A stretch of 64,000 bases of DNA, from positions 11,346,001 through 11,410,000 of the forward strand of contig OZ024752.1 of assembly GCA_964016885.1 (NCBI GenBank), given 5' to 3'. Below the pieces are notes generated by a model, which did no database searches, was not told the DNA's origin, and saw nothing but the letters and a program-made list of their open reading frames with translations. Below, piece after piece: positions 29,496 through 45,847 of the stretch (the stretch's first letter is position 1; every line of letters starts with the position of its first letter). The position numbers were made by a program, and so were the translations under genes. The DNA is from Eledone cirrhosa (Eukaryota).

Positions 29496-29949
29496 TTTCA
29501 TTTGTCATGTGGATCAGGATAGTCTCCCAACTACCCTATAAGACTTTTTGTATCTCTATTCCAGTTAAAATGTGAAACTGTAAGACTACACGTAGGGAAC
29601 TAAACGTAGAACAAAAAGAACGCCATGCACCTGTTATGTGGATTATGTGATATTTTTGTGTACCATCTTGTCTTTATATATATTTCATGAATTTTGGCAA
29701 TACCCAATTTTCTGTATATATAACATTTTGAAAATCAATGTTTAACTGTCCTGGAAGATTGGGTGATAGACTCTGCTCTTATCTCCAAGCTGCGAGGTAA
29801 AGGAGTAGTATTATAATCATTATCCTCATCGTCTACTTTAGATTTTCGAATAGTTTTCTCAAATAACAGATAAATATATTTAAGCAAACCCTTATACTGT
29901 TTTCACAATAGCAATGGTTATACGTTAGTATATATTCATAGATATGTAT

Positions 29950-30030
29950 GTATATATCGACAAAATATAAACGCAGCTCAGGAAGTCGTTTGTCATGAAC
30001 GTCAAACAGAAATACATACATTATTTGGTC
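29950..30030 (-). repeat. Dispersed repeat of about 80 bp, inverted relative to 33955-34035
   Basis: taatgtatgtatttct..ttgacgt...aaacgacttcctgagct..tttatattttgtcga is shared. Confidence 0.75.
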
Positions 30031-31239
30031 GCTTTTGTAAAGTAAAGTCTTATTTATTTGAACATAAATCACACAAAAGCACCAGATTACTCGACCTGCT
30101 AGAAATAGCATCTAACTCTCACTGAAATCATGCTCTACTCTACAATCATTAAAGACAAAGATATGCTATGATGAAATTTTAGAAGTAGTATTCTAAAAAA
30201 CTATTGGATGGTTAGAGCTGGGATGTTTTTCTTTGCGCTTGCCATCAATCTAGGCTGATTTGTTGTCCTGGAACCACCTAAATATAATAAAATATTCAAA
30301 TCAGGGCATGTGGCTAAAGCTAAGTTGTTAAAGGGCAAAAAAATCACAGAAGAGATTTATGTTTTCAACTCATAATATGTTGGCTAACATTTGTATTAAC
30401 AGAACTGATTGATGTTTTGGTACATTTGAAATATTCCCAGACCGCCTGACTAACTGACAATCAGACAGCTTGCCTCTAGGAAATTCTTTGCCTTGTCAAT
30501 CATTGTTTCTGCTCAGTGCACGGTCACTTGTTAATTACACCAAACTGCAACATTCCAAACTGACAGTGTCTAAATAAAATGTTGCTAGACAGCGAACAAC
30601 GTTTGGTTGTTGTTACAACTTGTGGTTGTTGTTGTTGATTTGTATTGGCTTTTGTTTGTTTATTTGTTTTTTGTTTTGTTTTTGTTTTGTTTTCGTTTAT
30701 GTTTGTTTTACTCTTTTGTTTGTACAATAAGAAACCAGACGCCATGTTTGGTTGATATAAGACGCAATTTACAACTTATCCTTTCATTGTAAATGATTGC
30801 TGTTTCCGCTTTCTGTTGGCTATATTTTTTTTATTTTGCAGCTATTTGATCAAGTCATTCACTAGCTAAAATGTAGGTTAGCATGTAAAAAAAATGGGGG
30901 ATATATATCTTGTCAGTTAACAGGTAAAACTCATCATGTTTTCGTTGTTACCGCTGTTTGATATTGATTGTTTCTTGTGAAAAATTTCACATACAGAATA
31001 CGCAATACGTTCTTGCGGAATGAGACGTAGGATAGTTTTATGATTGTTCTCCATGATGTAGATGGTGTAAGAGGAAAATAGCTGTAACTGAGAACTGAAA
31101 GCAGATTGGTATCATCTTTTAATGGTAGCTTACTATATAATAGATTTCGCACTTGGGGTCATTCAACAGATGAAATAAACTTTTCAAAAAACACCATTGT
31201 CTTTCCTTTCTTAGAAACATTAGACAATTATGTGCTTAA

Positions 31240-31786
<547 letters not shown>

Positions 31787-32464
31787 CGTATAGTTGGCAG
31801 AAGAAAGATTCAGACATTTTTTCTTACTTGTGTCAAAAGAAAAACAAAAAATCGTGGAAATAGCCAGCAGAGTTTTGCAGATTATCTTTATTTCATCTGG
31901 AAATATATATATTTTTTTTTTTTGGGGGGGGGGGGGAAGTTATAGGAAAAGTCGTTTTAAAGTAGTATGGTACTTACTGTCTAATCTCGTAAGGTGTATT
32001 TTTAAATACGCAATATATAGACAGAGAAAGAGCGAGAAACTTTTAATATTATATTTGTATTTTTTTTGTCTGCGTTCTCTTTTTCCCCATTTCTCAGTAC
32101 AGAAATTTACCAGTGACTTTGGGGATTTCTTTCAAATTCAAACGTTAATAGGGACTTCTTCTTTTCAAGCACCATATGGCCACCTGTTAAGATTCAGAAC
32201 AAATACTCTATTCCTTTGTTGGACTTCTATATCTAATTCATGCGGAAATTATACATTATTCACGGTTCTGTTTTCCGGTTAGTTTACCGCATAAAGATAC
32301 AACAAAGATGGTGTATTTCGTTAAAGAAAGAAAGAAAATGATGAAGAGACTTCTGCTAAATAAAAGATAGGCTTTACCGACAAATCTATGCTCACTGGTC
32401 AAAAGAGGAGGTGGAGTGTGTGTATATATATATGTATGTCCACAGTTCTAGTCCCGTAGAAGCC

Positions 32465-32518
<54 letters not shown>

Positions 32519-32693
32519 TAATAATATTATTTATACTTATATATGAGTTATATATAATTATAAATATGAAAGGGTAGTATTAAGCACTACCCAATTACAA
32601 GTAAGAGAAAAAGCTCAATGACACTGTCAATAGTAATGTATCTTTATGAATGTTCAGAAGACTAGGATTATAATTACTTGTTTAAACATTGTG

Positions 32694-32745
32694 TATGATT
32701 TGATGAATCCAGACAGTTGTCTGGAAGAAACCATCGTCAGCAATT
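32694..32745 (+). ncRNA. Decayed hammerhead-like motif
   Basis: UUGAUGA A UCCAGAC aguu GUCUGGA A GAAA C cauc GUC; C3 is mutated and stem I is mostly broken. Confidence 0.4.
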
Positions 32746-32781
32746 ACATGTATTAAGCAAACATTTGATTGTTTTAAATTT

Positions 32782-32842
<61 letters not shown>

Positions 32843-32917
32843 CTTCTACAGGACTAGAACTGTTTCATTCGAAGTGTAAGTCAACAGGTCGAAATTGTCT
32901 GCTTTTATTCCTATTCG

Positions 32918-32973
32918 CTGTTATATTATTTCGGTGATAACCATTGAGCAACAGATGTGACCTCATCAGACAG
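32918..32973 (-). ncRNA. Type I hammerhead ribozyme motif with long stem II
   Basis: CUGU CUGAUGA GGUCACAUCUGUUG cu CAAUGGUUAUCACC GAAA UAAU AUA ACAG; 4-bp stem I, AUA site, AATAAA downstream. Confidence 0.75.
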
Positions 32974-33260
32974 GTGGAATTTGAACAGAAAAATATAACG
33001 ATGGAATAAAGTTTACTTCTGTTATTTCGATTTTTTCATAAGCTCAGCGCTGAAATTTGGTGTTGTTTTTTCAAAGCTCTGGTTGCATGTATACATATAT
33101 ATATATATATATATATACAGAGGTATCCACAGTAAGTTGTGGGGTCTATTCTGCATGAAGAACTCGATGTAATCGATATGTTGAAAATGTTGTAGGTTAA
33201 GATAAATCTCGGAAAACAATAAAACATTAAAAGGAAAACAGAGTCGTGATATAAAAAATG

Positions 33261-33604
33261 AAACAATGAAATAAAAAATCAAGTCATTAGAGATATGCTT
33301 CACTGCTTTACGATCGTTTCTAGATGATGATAATACATTGTAGCTATACTCCGTTATTGATCTATGTAAGGTTAGTTACAAAATATCAGAGAGAGAGAAT
33401 ATTTACTTACATGCATATCACCAGCTGTTTTCAAAAGCAGCTGGTGATATGCATGTAAGTAAATATTCTCTTTATCTGATAGTTTGTAACTAACCTTACA
33501 TAGATCAATAACGGAGTATAGCTACAATGTATTATCATCATCTAGAAACGATCGTAAAGCAGTGAAGTATATCTCTAATGACTTGATTTTTTATTTCATT
33601 GTTT
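33261..33604. repeat. Near-perfect palindrome: 167-bp arms (33261-33427 / 33438-33604), 10-nt centre
   Basis: Arms are reverse complements with about 4 mismatches; abuts (TA)n at 33610. Confidence 0.95.
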
Positions 33605-33607
33605 TAA

Positions 33608-33648
<41 letters not shown>

Positions 33649-34031
33649 AGCGAAAGAGAGAATCATGTAAATCGATAAAGATATAAACATACACTTTTAC
33701 TAATTAACTTATCTTAGCTCTCAGGCTACGACCATGCTGTTGCACCATCAGTGTTGCAATATATATGCTCATACACATGTGTTTAGTTATATTCATTTTT
33801 TACAACATAGCTACGATATGTCACCCGTGCCTTATTCCCTAAGCTTCATTAGAAACATTATAGCAACGTTATGAGAATATTAATAAGCCAATATAATTAC
33901 TCATTTATAAATATTGAGGTCTTCCTGGTTGCTAGGTTCGCCTGTTCAAGTTTGAGCAAGTAATGTATGTATTTCTCCTTGACGTGACTGCTAAACGACT
34001 TCCTGAGCTACTTTTATATTTTGTCGAAATA

Positions 34032-34107
<76 letters not shown>

Positions 34108-34108
<1 letters not shown>

Positions 34109-34198
34109 TGGTTACACAACAGTTAGTTCACCATACCGAGTACAATTGAAGGTGAAACAATTGTTCTCTATATGGTGAACTAACTGTTGTGTAACCAC
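34108..34198. repeat. Fold-back with 28-bp perfect arms around the 3' half of an HHR
   Basis: gtggttacacaacagttagttcaccata / tatggtgaactaactgttgtgtaaccac; GAAA CAATTG TT at 34154-34165; follows (TA)n. Confidence 0.85.
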
Positions 34199-34263
34199 AT
34201 CTACCTAACTCGTCCCATGCACTGAGTGCTCTACCATTACGGTATTACCTTGCAGTGTTCTAC

Positions 34264-34329
<66 letters not shown>

Positions 34330-34622
34330 GTGTGTATAATTATGTGTGTTTATGTGTGTGTAGGTCAGACTTAGCGTTTAAACGGCCGGAGATCAGCCTT
34401 TTCCTATTACCCAGTATCGAGTACTTTGGTGCATTATGGTCCACCTGGTTACTTACCACATATCCTTTGTTATATATATATGTGAGAAAAACCACAGACC
34501 CTCCATCTCAACTCACCTTTTGAAAAGCAGAAGAACTGCGAAACCGGTAAAGGAACCAAATAAATATATATATTTTTTTTTTAAATAAGACTTCAGTTGC
34601 ATTTTCGATTTCATGTCTTTTT

Positions 34623-38428
<3,806 letters not shown>

Positions 38429-38429
38429 A

Positions 38430-38850
38430 CAACTTCAGCCATACCATTTACTTGGTTTTGTCTTTGCGTGCTATTGTTCTCCACGCTCCACATATGACGT
38501 ATTATCTTCGTTTTTCCGTTCATTGCCAGAGAACGTCTCTATGCACCACTTAGAGAACATTAGTCTACGACCTCTTTTATACCATAAACGTGGTTCTGTC
38601 TTTGCGCCTAATTGCTTTTCACCGCTCCTATTAATGACGTTTTATATTCGTTTTTTCCCGTTCTTTGCCAGCGAACGTTTCCACGAACCAAAGTATCGTC
38701 TTCCTGTCTTCCTCCGGTTGCAACGTTTTTTGAAATATTCACTTCTGCGTTCACAGATTGACTTTGTTAGTTTCAGAAGATCCCGTTAAGGGTGAAAGCA
38801 GCGATTCTTTGCTTAAACTTTAATCTGTTATTTTAATAAAGATATATATA
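38430..38850 (+). mobile_element. Internal fragment related to the Helitron at 7732-8492, preceded by a degenerate duplication of about 140 bp
   Basis: 38693-38840 matches 8098-8245; tggtt.tgtctttgcg...tgacgt...ccgttc.ttgccag.gaacgt occurs twice. Confidence 0.7.
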
Positions 38851-38939
38851 TGCAATCAATGATCATACATCAGTATCTCCAAACACCCACATATATTGAA
38901 ACCTCCATATTGTATGTATATCTTTGTTTGTTGATATAC

Positions 38940-39348
38940 ATGTGTGTGTGTGCCAGTGCTTGTGTGTTTGTGTGTGTGTGCTAGTTTTTGTGTTTGTTTA
39001 TTTGTGTGTGTGTGTATCTGTGTGTGTACGTGTTGTGGGTCTGTGTGTGCCAGTGATTGGGTATTTGTGTGTGTGTGTGTAAGGGTCTGTGTGTGTGTGT
39101 GTGACAGTGTTTGTGTGTGCGAGTGTTTGAGTTTATTTGTGTATGTGTATCGATGTTTGTGTGTATTTGTATGTGTGTGTGTTTGTATGTATGTGTGTTT
39201 GTCTGTATGTACGTGTGTGTGTTGTTTGATATATAAAGATCACTGAATTCTTTCTCAACACAAAGGCTGCCAGTTACAGCAGTGTTTAGACATTGAGAGC
39301 AGCGAAATCGAGATAATATTTATTGTTCCCGAAAACATTTACACACAT

Positions 39349-39430
<82 letters not shown>

Positions 39431-39612
39431 TCCTGCTACATCTCTCTGGCTTTCTTTGTCTCTCCCCCCTCTCTCACTCTCTCTTATCTCTCTCCACCCA
39501 CCCTTGTGTGTGTGTGTATGTATATATATATATATATATATATTTATTTATATGTGTGTGTATGAAGTAACCTTTTTCAGAAAAACGTGTTCATATGAGA
39601 GTATAGCGTATG

Positions 39613-39667
<55 letters not shown>

Positions 39668-39744
39668 GTATATATATATGTATATATATATGTATATATA
39701 TATGTATATATATATGTATATATATATGTATATATATATATATG

Positions 39745-39813
<69 letters not shown>

Positions 39814-39853
39814 GTATATATATATATATGTAAATATATATATATATATGTAA

Positions 39854-39907
<54 letters not shown>

Positions 39908-40012
39908 GTAAATATATATATATATATGTATATATATATATGTAAATATATATATAATGTGTATATATATATATATGTATATATATATGTGTAAATATAT
40001 ATATAATGTATG

Positions 40013-40092
<80 letters not shown>
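38940..40092. repeat. Degenerate (GT)n, (CA)n and (TA/TATG)n arrays
   Basis: Direct inspection. Confidence 0.95.
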
Positions 40093-40094
<2 letters not shown>

Positions 40095-40805
40095 AATTTT
40101 AGTACAGCATTAACGAAGCTTTAGGCTGCGGCTAAGCTAACTAATGCAGATTCGGAATGTAGCTTTAGCACTCGATGGAGAATAATACCCCAGAGTTTTA
40201 CCAATACGTTTAGACAGCTTTGCAAATCAAATATATAGCGATTGGCAGTCCAGCCACATTGCCATAGCAACGAAAAAGGTTGAACTCAGGAAAAGATTTT
40301 TGACTGAACTGGACCATCGCGCGGAGACCGAATGCAACACATAACGCATATCGTATAGCATACGATATACATCACATATGACATACAACATCCACGCTAG
40401 GTTTCGGTAAATCCGAGATTGGCTAATTCCGCTTGCAGGGGTCTGCAAGTTAATGGCCTTTGACGACAGAACAAAGGATTTACTTCAACAAGTCTTTCGT
40501 TCTATAGCCTCAGCGGGTGTGTTCTAGCAGTAAATTTCACTAGAGACACGTGGTTTTCTCAAAGGGAGGTAACCCCCGTTTTGGCGGTGAATTCGAAATT
40601 TGAGACAAAGGAATTAAATTCCCTTAGACAAACCGAATTAAGGACTCAACCAGAAGTTATCAAACAAACATAAACAATTAATCAATCAATAGAATTGTCT
40701 AATTAAATTAATCAGTAAATATATATATATTATCATTTAACTTCCCTTTTCCCTGCTAGTGTATAGTGTAATAGATAATTTTACGAAAGTTCCTTGTGAA
40801 TATAT

Positions 40806-40933
<128 letters not shown>

Positions 40934-41008
40934 AGTATTTCCGTAGAAAAGGTAAAGGAGTGAAGAGTGTTCTATGTATAGTATAGAGCTATTGTGTTGT
41001 TTAGCATG

Positions 41009-41070
<62 letters not shown>

Positions 41071-41475
41071 GGAGGAGAAAGGGGGAAATAGAGAGAGCGA
41101 ACCTGGAGAGAGTGGGGGGGAGACGGGCAGAAAGAAATATTTTATTATGAGATGTGTAAGTTTAGAAGAATTGCGGAAAAGATGGCGTGAATATTTGTAA
41201 TAGTTCGGTTTAATTTGTTGATATGCTTTTTAGAAAAATCTAATAAGTGAATAGCCTGTAGCAATTGATTTTATTTTGTTAATATGGAGGCAGGAGATAA
41301 TTTGAATAAGTTAGTATGTCACACAGCTCTTTAAGTTATGTCATGGCTTAATCACAGATTAAAGGTTAGTGTACATAACCTTTTATAGAACCTCACAAGG
41401 TAATGATACAAGAAGATGGTAGAGAAACCGAAGAACTTTTAGAAATGTTTGGAATAGAGTTTATTAAGACAATGT

Positions 41476-41540
<65 letters not shown>

Positions 41541-41582
41541 TATTGAAGTTTGGTTGAAGCATTGTGGAATAATAAGGTAAAT

Positions 41583-42085
41583 TTCTTTAAGTCGTTTGGA
41601 AGCCTCGACAATGCAGATGGGTAAATCTCCGGGTAACAAGATCCGGTGGTGGAGAGAGATATCTACGTTGGTGTACGTTGAGATGCGTGGCGTGTATAAG
41701 ACTGTAGCGTGTAGAGAAATGAAGGAAAGAGCGTAAAGTATAAAAATAATAAATAAAAATTAAATAAAGACAACGAACAGCGGAGGACACGTTTCGCACC
41801 TTTCCGACAGAAAACCTCCCCCCCCCCCCGAAAAAACACCCAGTTGATGGATGTGAATCCGAATTATATAGGGACAATTAAATCTCTCCCAAGGTAACTC
41901 TATCTCGTGTTGTTATTTTTATTTTTATCCTTTACGCTCTTTCCTTCATTCCTCTACACGCTACAGTCTTATACACGCCACACATCTCAACATACACCCA
42001 CTTACATCTCTCTCTCCACCACCGGATCTTGTTACCCGGAGATTTACCCATCTGCAATGTCGAGGCTTCCAAATGACTTAAAGAA
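41583..42085. mobile_element. Inverted-repeat element, arms about 175 bp (41583-41760 / 41910-42085), with HHR-like scaffold in the spacer
   Basis: Arms are reverse complements with several mismatches; spacer plus right arm match 700-960; near TA tracts. Confidence 0.8.
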
Positions 42086-42475
42086 GAATATATATATATA
42101 TTAAAGACTCCCTTTTGTCACGAATGACCATCGGATTTGCACCGAGGTTTCCCTTCCGAGGCACAAGACCAGCAGTCGGTCATGCTTACAATCCCGGGGT
42201 TTTTATCTCCCCCTCTCTCTCTATACGTATAAATATATATATACACACACACACACACATCTACTTATATATATAACCAGCAATTTCTCTGCCTGTCTGT
42301 CCGACAGTGGAAACACGTGCGTAGAGAGAGAGTGAGAGTGAAAGAAAGAGACAGACTACGAGAGGGGGATAACGGGAGGGAGAGAGAGAGATTGAATAGA
42401 CGCTAAAACACGTGCTACAGAAACATTACCTTCCCCTCTCCACTGACTTTGGTCACTGAGGCCGAGGGAATCGCG

Positions 42476-42767
42476 CTGAGCGCGTCATAATGACGTAATG
42501 CAGACAGACAGACATACAGACAGATATAAGGGCGCAACGTTATATCTATGTATCTATCTAAAAAGAAAGACTAAGAATTATATAGAGAGAACGCTAAATC
42601 GCCTAATGCGGTCCCTAGGGCATTGAAAATTTGAAATAATTTTTGCTCAAAACACTCAGAGGACCATAGGTGTTACATGTCTTAAGTTTGAAAACAATCG
42701 GTTGGATGGTTCTCAAGTTTTAGTGAGCTGACAGACAGACAGAGATTTTCTGTTTTAGATATATAGA
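42476..42767 (-). mobile_element. Helitron 5' fragment, family of 7732-8492
   Basis: Reverse complement matches about 7732-8028; TC terminus at 42767. Confidence 0.75.
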
Positions 42768-42812
42768 CTAGCAGAAAACTGCCCCCGGGTGGTTTTCTGG
42801 TAGTCTATATAT
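42759..42812. repeat. Hairpin with 26-bp arms spanning a CTAG|TC junction
   Basis: atatatagactagcagaaaactgccc / gggtggttttctggtagtctatatat. Confidence 0.8.
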
Positions 42813-42814
42813 AT

Positions 42815-42920
42815 ATAAATATAAGAAGAATTGAGTGCTGCGTGGTTGCACATGGGTTACATATGAATAAAATGTAACCACATGTGCAACCACGCAACAC
42901 TCAATTCTTCTCATATTTAT
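42815..42920. repeat. Fold-back, arms about 48 bp, 9-nt loop
   Basis: agaagaattgagtgctgcgtggttgcacatgggttacat / atgtaaccacatgtgcaaccacgcaacactcaattcttct. Confidence 0.9.
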
Positions 42921-43375
42921 TTATTTATATATATTTTTTTCCTCAGCTGCGTTTGTCTGTTTCTTTCTTACTACTTCCCCCCTCTCTCTGTATCTCTCAC
43001 CTTCTTTTGCTCCCTCTGTCAGTCACACTTTCTCTCGACTGGCTTCTTCCTCGCACTTCCACTCACTCACTTTCTGCTTCTTCCCCTCTCACTTCTTCCC
43101 GTTTGGCCTGTGTGGGGTCCTTTCTCACTCACATCTCACCCAGGTCGGATGGTCTGAATATCTCTCTCACCATGAAATTCACCAAGCTTAAGCTGAATAG
43201 ATATCATATGCCTGTTTCTTTCTATCTATCCGTTGCTATACCATGTTTGTTTGTTTACTTGTCTCGCTCGCTTTACGCTATTTTACTTGTCCCAATAGCT
43301 TTATTTAGCTATTGCTCGCACCAACTGGAGGTATATGATTTTTAAAGCTATGAAATACCAATGAAAGTTAGAAAA

Positions 43376-43403
<28 letters not shown>

Positions 43404-43408
<5 letters not shown>

Positions 43409-43607
43409 CTAAAAAGGAAAAGAAAATGCTGACAAATTTTACCCAGTGAAAAATAGTTTAATTAGGAATAAGTATAAATTAGTAATAAGTATTAGTTAGT
43501 ATAACTGAATACTAACTAATACTTATTACTAATTTATACTTATTCCTAATTAAACTATTTTTCACTGGTGAAAATGTGTCAGTATTTTCTTTTCCTTTTT
43601 ACTAATA
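43404..43607. repeat. Palindrome, arms about 99 bp, 6-nt loop, embedded in (TA)n
   Basis: Arms 43404-43502 / 43509-43607 with a few mismatches. Confidence 0.93.
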
Positions 43608-43614
43608 TATATAT

Positions 43615-43715
<101 letters not shown>

Positions 43716-43799
43716 GTTATTCCGGGTTGAATCGGAGGTAACCACAGTAAGTAAGGTACTCAATACATAGCAGAGTATAAAAGTTTTAATATAGATGAG

Positions 43800-44003
<204 letters not shown>

Positions 44004-44085
44004 GGTATCAGGAAAAATGGGAAGGGACTAGGCTGGAAGAAGTGTCCAGAAATGAAATTTAATTTATCTTCTCGTGTGTGTGTGT

Positions 44086-44225
44086 GTTACAGCCCTTGCC
44101 ATTCTGAGTTCAAATCCCGCCAAGGTTAACTTTGCCTTTCATCCTTACGGGTTCGATAAAATAAAGTACCAGTAATGCACTGGGGTATTTGCTGGCCTTG
44201 TGCCAAAAGTAGAAACAATTATATT
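44086..44225 (+). mobile_element. SINE family A, 5'-truncated
   Basis: Box B, core and tail. Confidence 0.85.
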
Positions 44226-44226
44226 A

Positions 44227-44279
<53 letters not shown>

Positions 44280-44429
44280 ATAATTATGGTTTTATAAATA
44301 TGGTTTCCATTTATCAATATATTGAATATTTATTATAGCTAGCTGTTGAGTGCTTTATAATAGTTATAAACTTTTAAGCTTGTTGGAATCCCAACAAATT
44401 AAATATAACTTCTATATATATATATATCA

Positions 44430-44492
44430 AGGGCGGTGCCCCAGCATGGCCTCAGCCGGATGGCTGAAACAGGTAAAAGGGTAAAAGAGAAT
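44430..44492 (+). mobile_element. 3' tail of a third SINE family
   Basis: ggtgccccagcatggcctcag...ctgaaacaggtaaaag; inverted diverged copy at about 52228-52272. Confidence 0.5.
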
Positions 44493-44739
44493 ATACATAT
44501 ATATATACATATATATATATATACATAGATATTGTTATATTTGGGGAGGGTCATATTTGCGTAATATTGCCAGAATTAATAACAGAACACACTCACTGTT
44601 TGGTTGGTTTTCGCTTCTCGCTGTCTTTTATATATATATATCTGCGATCTAACTTACTCGGTCCTCAATGTTGCCATTGACTGACCGGCGGTCAAAAATA
44701 ATACAGATACAATATAGACAAACACATATATATATAGTT

Positions 44740-44781
44740 TACATAAATCTTTCGTTGCACATCTGCAACATCGTCAGTGGT
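44740..44781 (-). ncRNA. Hammerhead-like motif (left arm)
   Basis: Mirror image of 44911-44952. Confidence 0.55.
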
Positions 44782-44910
44782 GTTATATTCATTGTTCCTC
44801 CTGTTGTGTTGTATGTCTACGCCATTTTTTTTGTTCAGTCTGAACAACAAAAAAAAACAAAAAAAAATGGCGTAGACATACAACACAACAGGAGGAACAA
44901 TGAATATAAC

Positions 44911-44952
44911 ACCACTGACGATGTTGCAGATGTGCAACGAAAGATTTATGTA
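44911..44952 (+). ncRNA. Hammerhead-like motif (right arm) with an extra nt after CUGANGA
   Basis: acca CUGACGA U GUUGCA gaug UGCAAC GAAA GAU UUA ugua; 6-bp stem II, stem I reduced to 2 bp. Confidence 0.55.
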
Positions 44953-45847
44953 AACTATATATATATGTGTTTGTCTATATTGTATCTGTATTATTTTTGA
45001 CCGCCGGTCAGTCAATGGCAACATTGAGGACCGAGTAAATTAGATCGCAGATATATATATATAAAAGACAGCGAGAAGCGAAAACCAACCAAACAGTGAG
45101 TGTGTTCTGTTATTAATTCTGGCAATATTACGCAAATATGACCCTCCCCAAATATAACAATATCTGTTTCGACACACGATTTCATATAAAAAACCTCGCA
45201 AAACTAATTCATCGCCGCTATACATAGATAGATATACATAAACAGGTTTTCTACCTATCTCCTCCCCCTCATCATTTCCTCTATCACCCCCACACCTACA
45301 AAAATAACCTCACTATCTAACAGGCTTTACCTGTCTCCCTTTCATCGCCACCCTTAAAGTCTACATCCACCCACATCCAACTACATCCACCCACCTGTAT
45401 GTCAGGATCGCTGTTTTCACTTTAAATCTCAGCTTCACTGCTTGCCTACCTGCTTGTCTGTCCGTCTCTCTGCTTGCATGTCTGTCTGTTTGCCTGCCTG
45501 CTTGCACGTCTGTCCGACTGCCTGGCTCCTGACTGGGTGTTAGCCTGTCTGCCTGTCTCCGTATGTCTGTCTGTCTGTCTATCCACCTGACATGACACTA
45601 TGTCAGCCTACCTGCTTCGCTGCTTGACTACGTATCTGTCTGTTTGCCTGTGTGCCTGCACGTCTGTCTGTCTGCCTGCCTGCCTGCACGTCTGTCTGTC
45701 TGCTGCCTGCATGTCTGTCTGCCTGCTTGACTATGTCTCTGCATGTCTGTCTGCCTGCTTGACAGTGACTGTCTGTTCGCCTCTCTGCATGCCTGTTTGT
45801 TTGCCTGTCTGCCTGCTTGCCTCTGCCTGCTTGCCAATCGGCCTGTC

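Larger units (their letters stand above)
44527..45165. mobile_element. Palindromic HHR-bearing element: 306-bp arms (44527-44832 / 44860-45165)
   Basis: Arms are reverse complements with one mismatch seen; mirror ORFs in the track (44668+ and 44692-) confirm the symmetry. Confidence 0.9.

Noticed and set aside
44668-45024. Two nearly identical 110-aa ORFs on opposite strands
   Set aside because: A direct consequence of the palindrome; no protein similarity recognised
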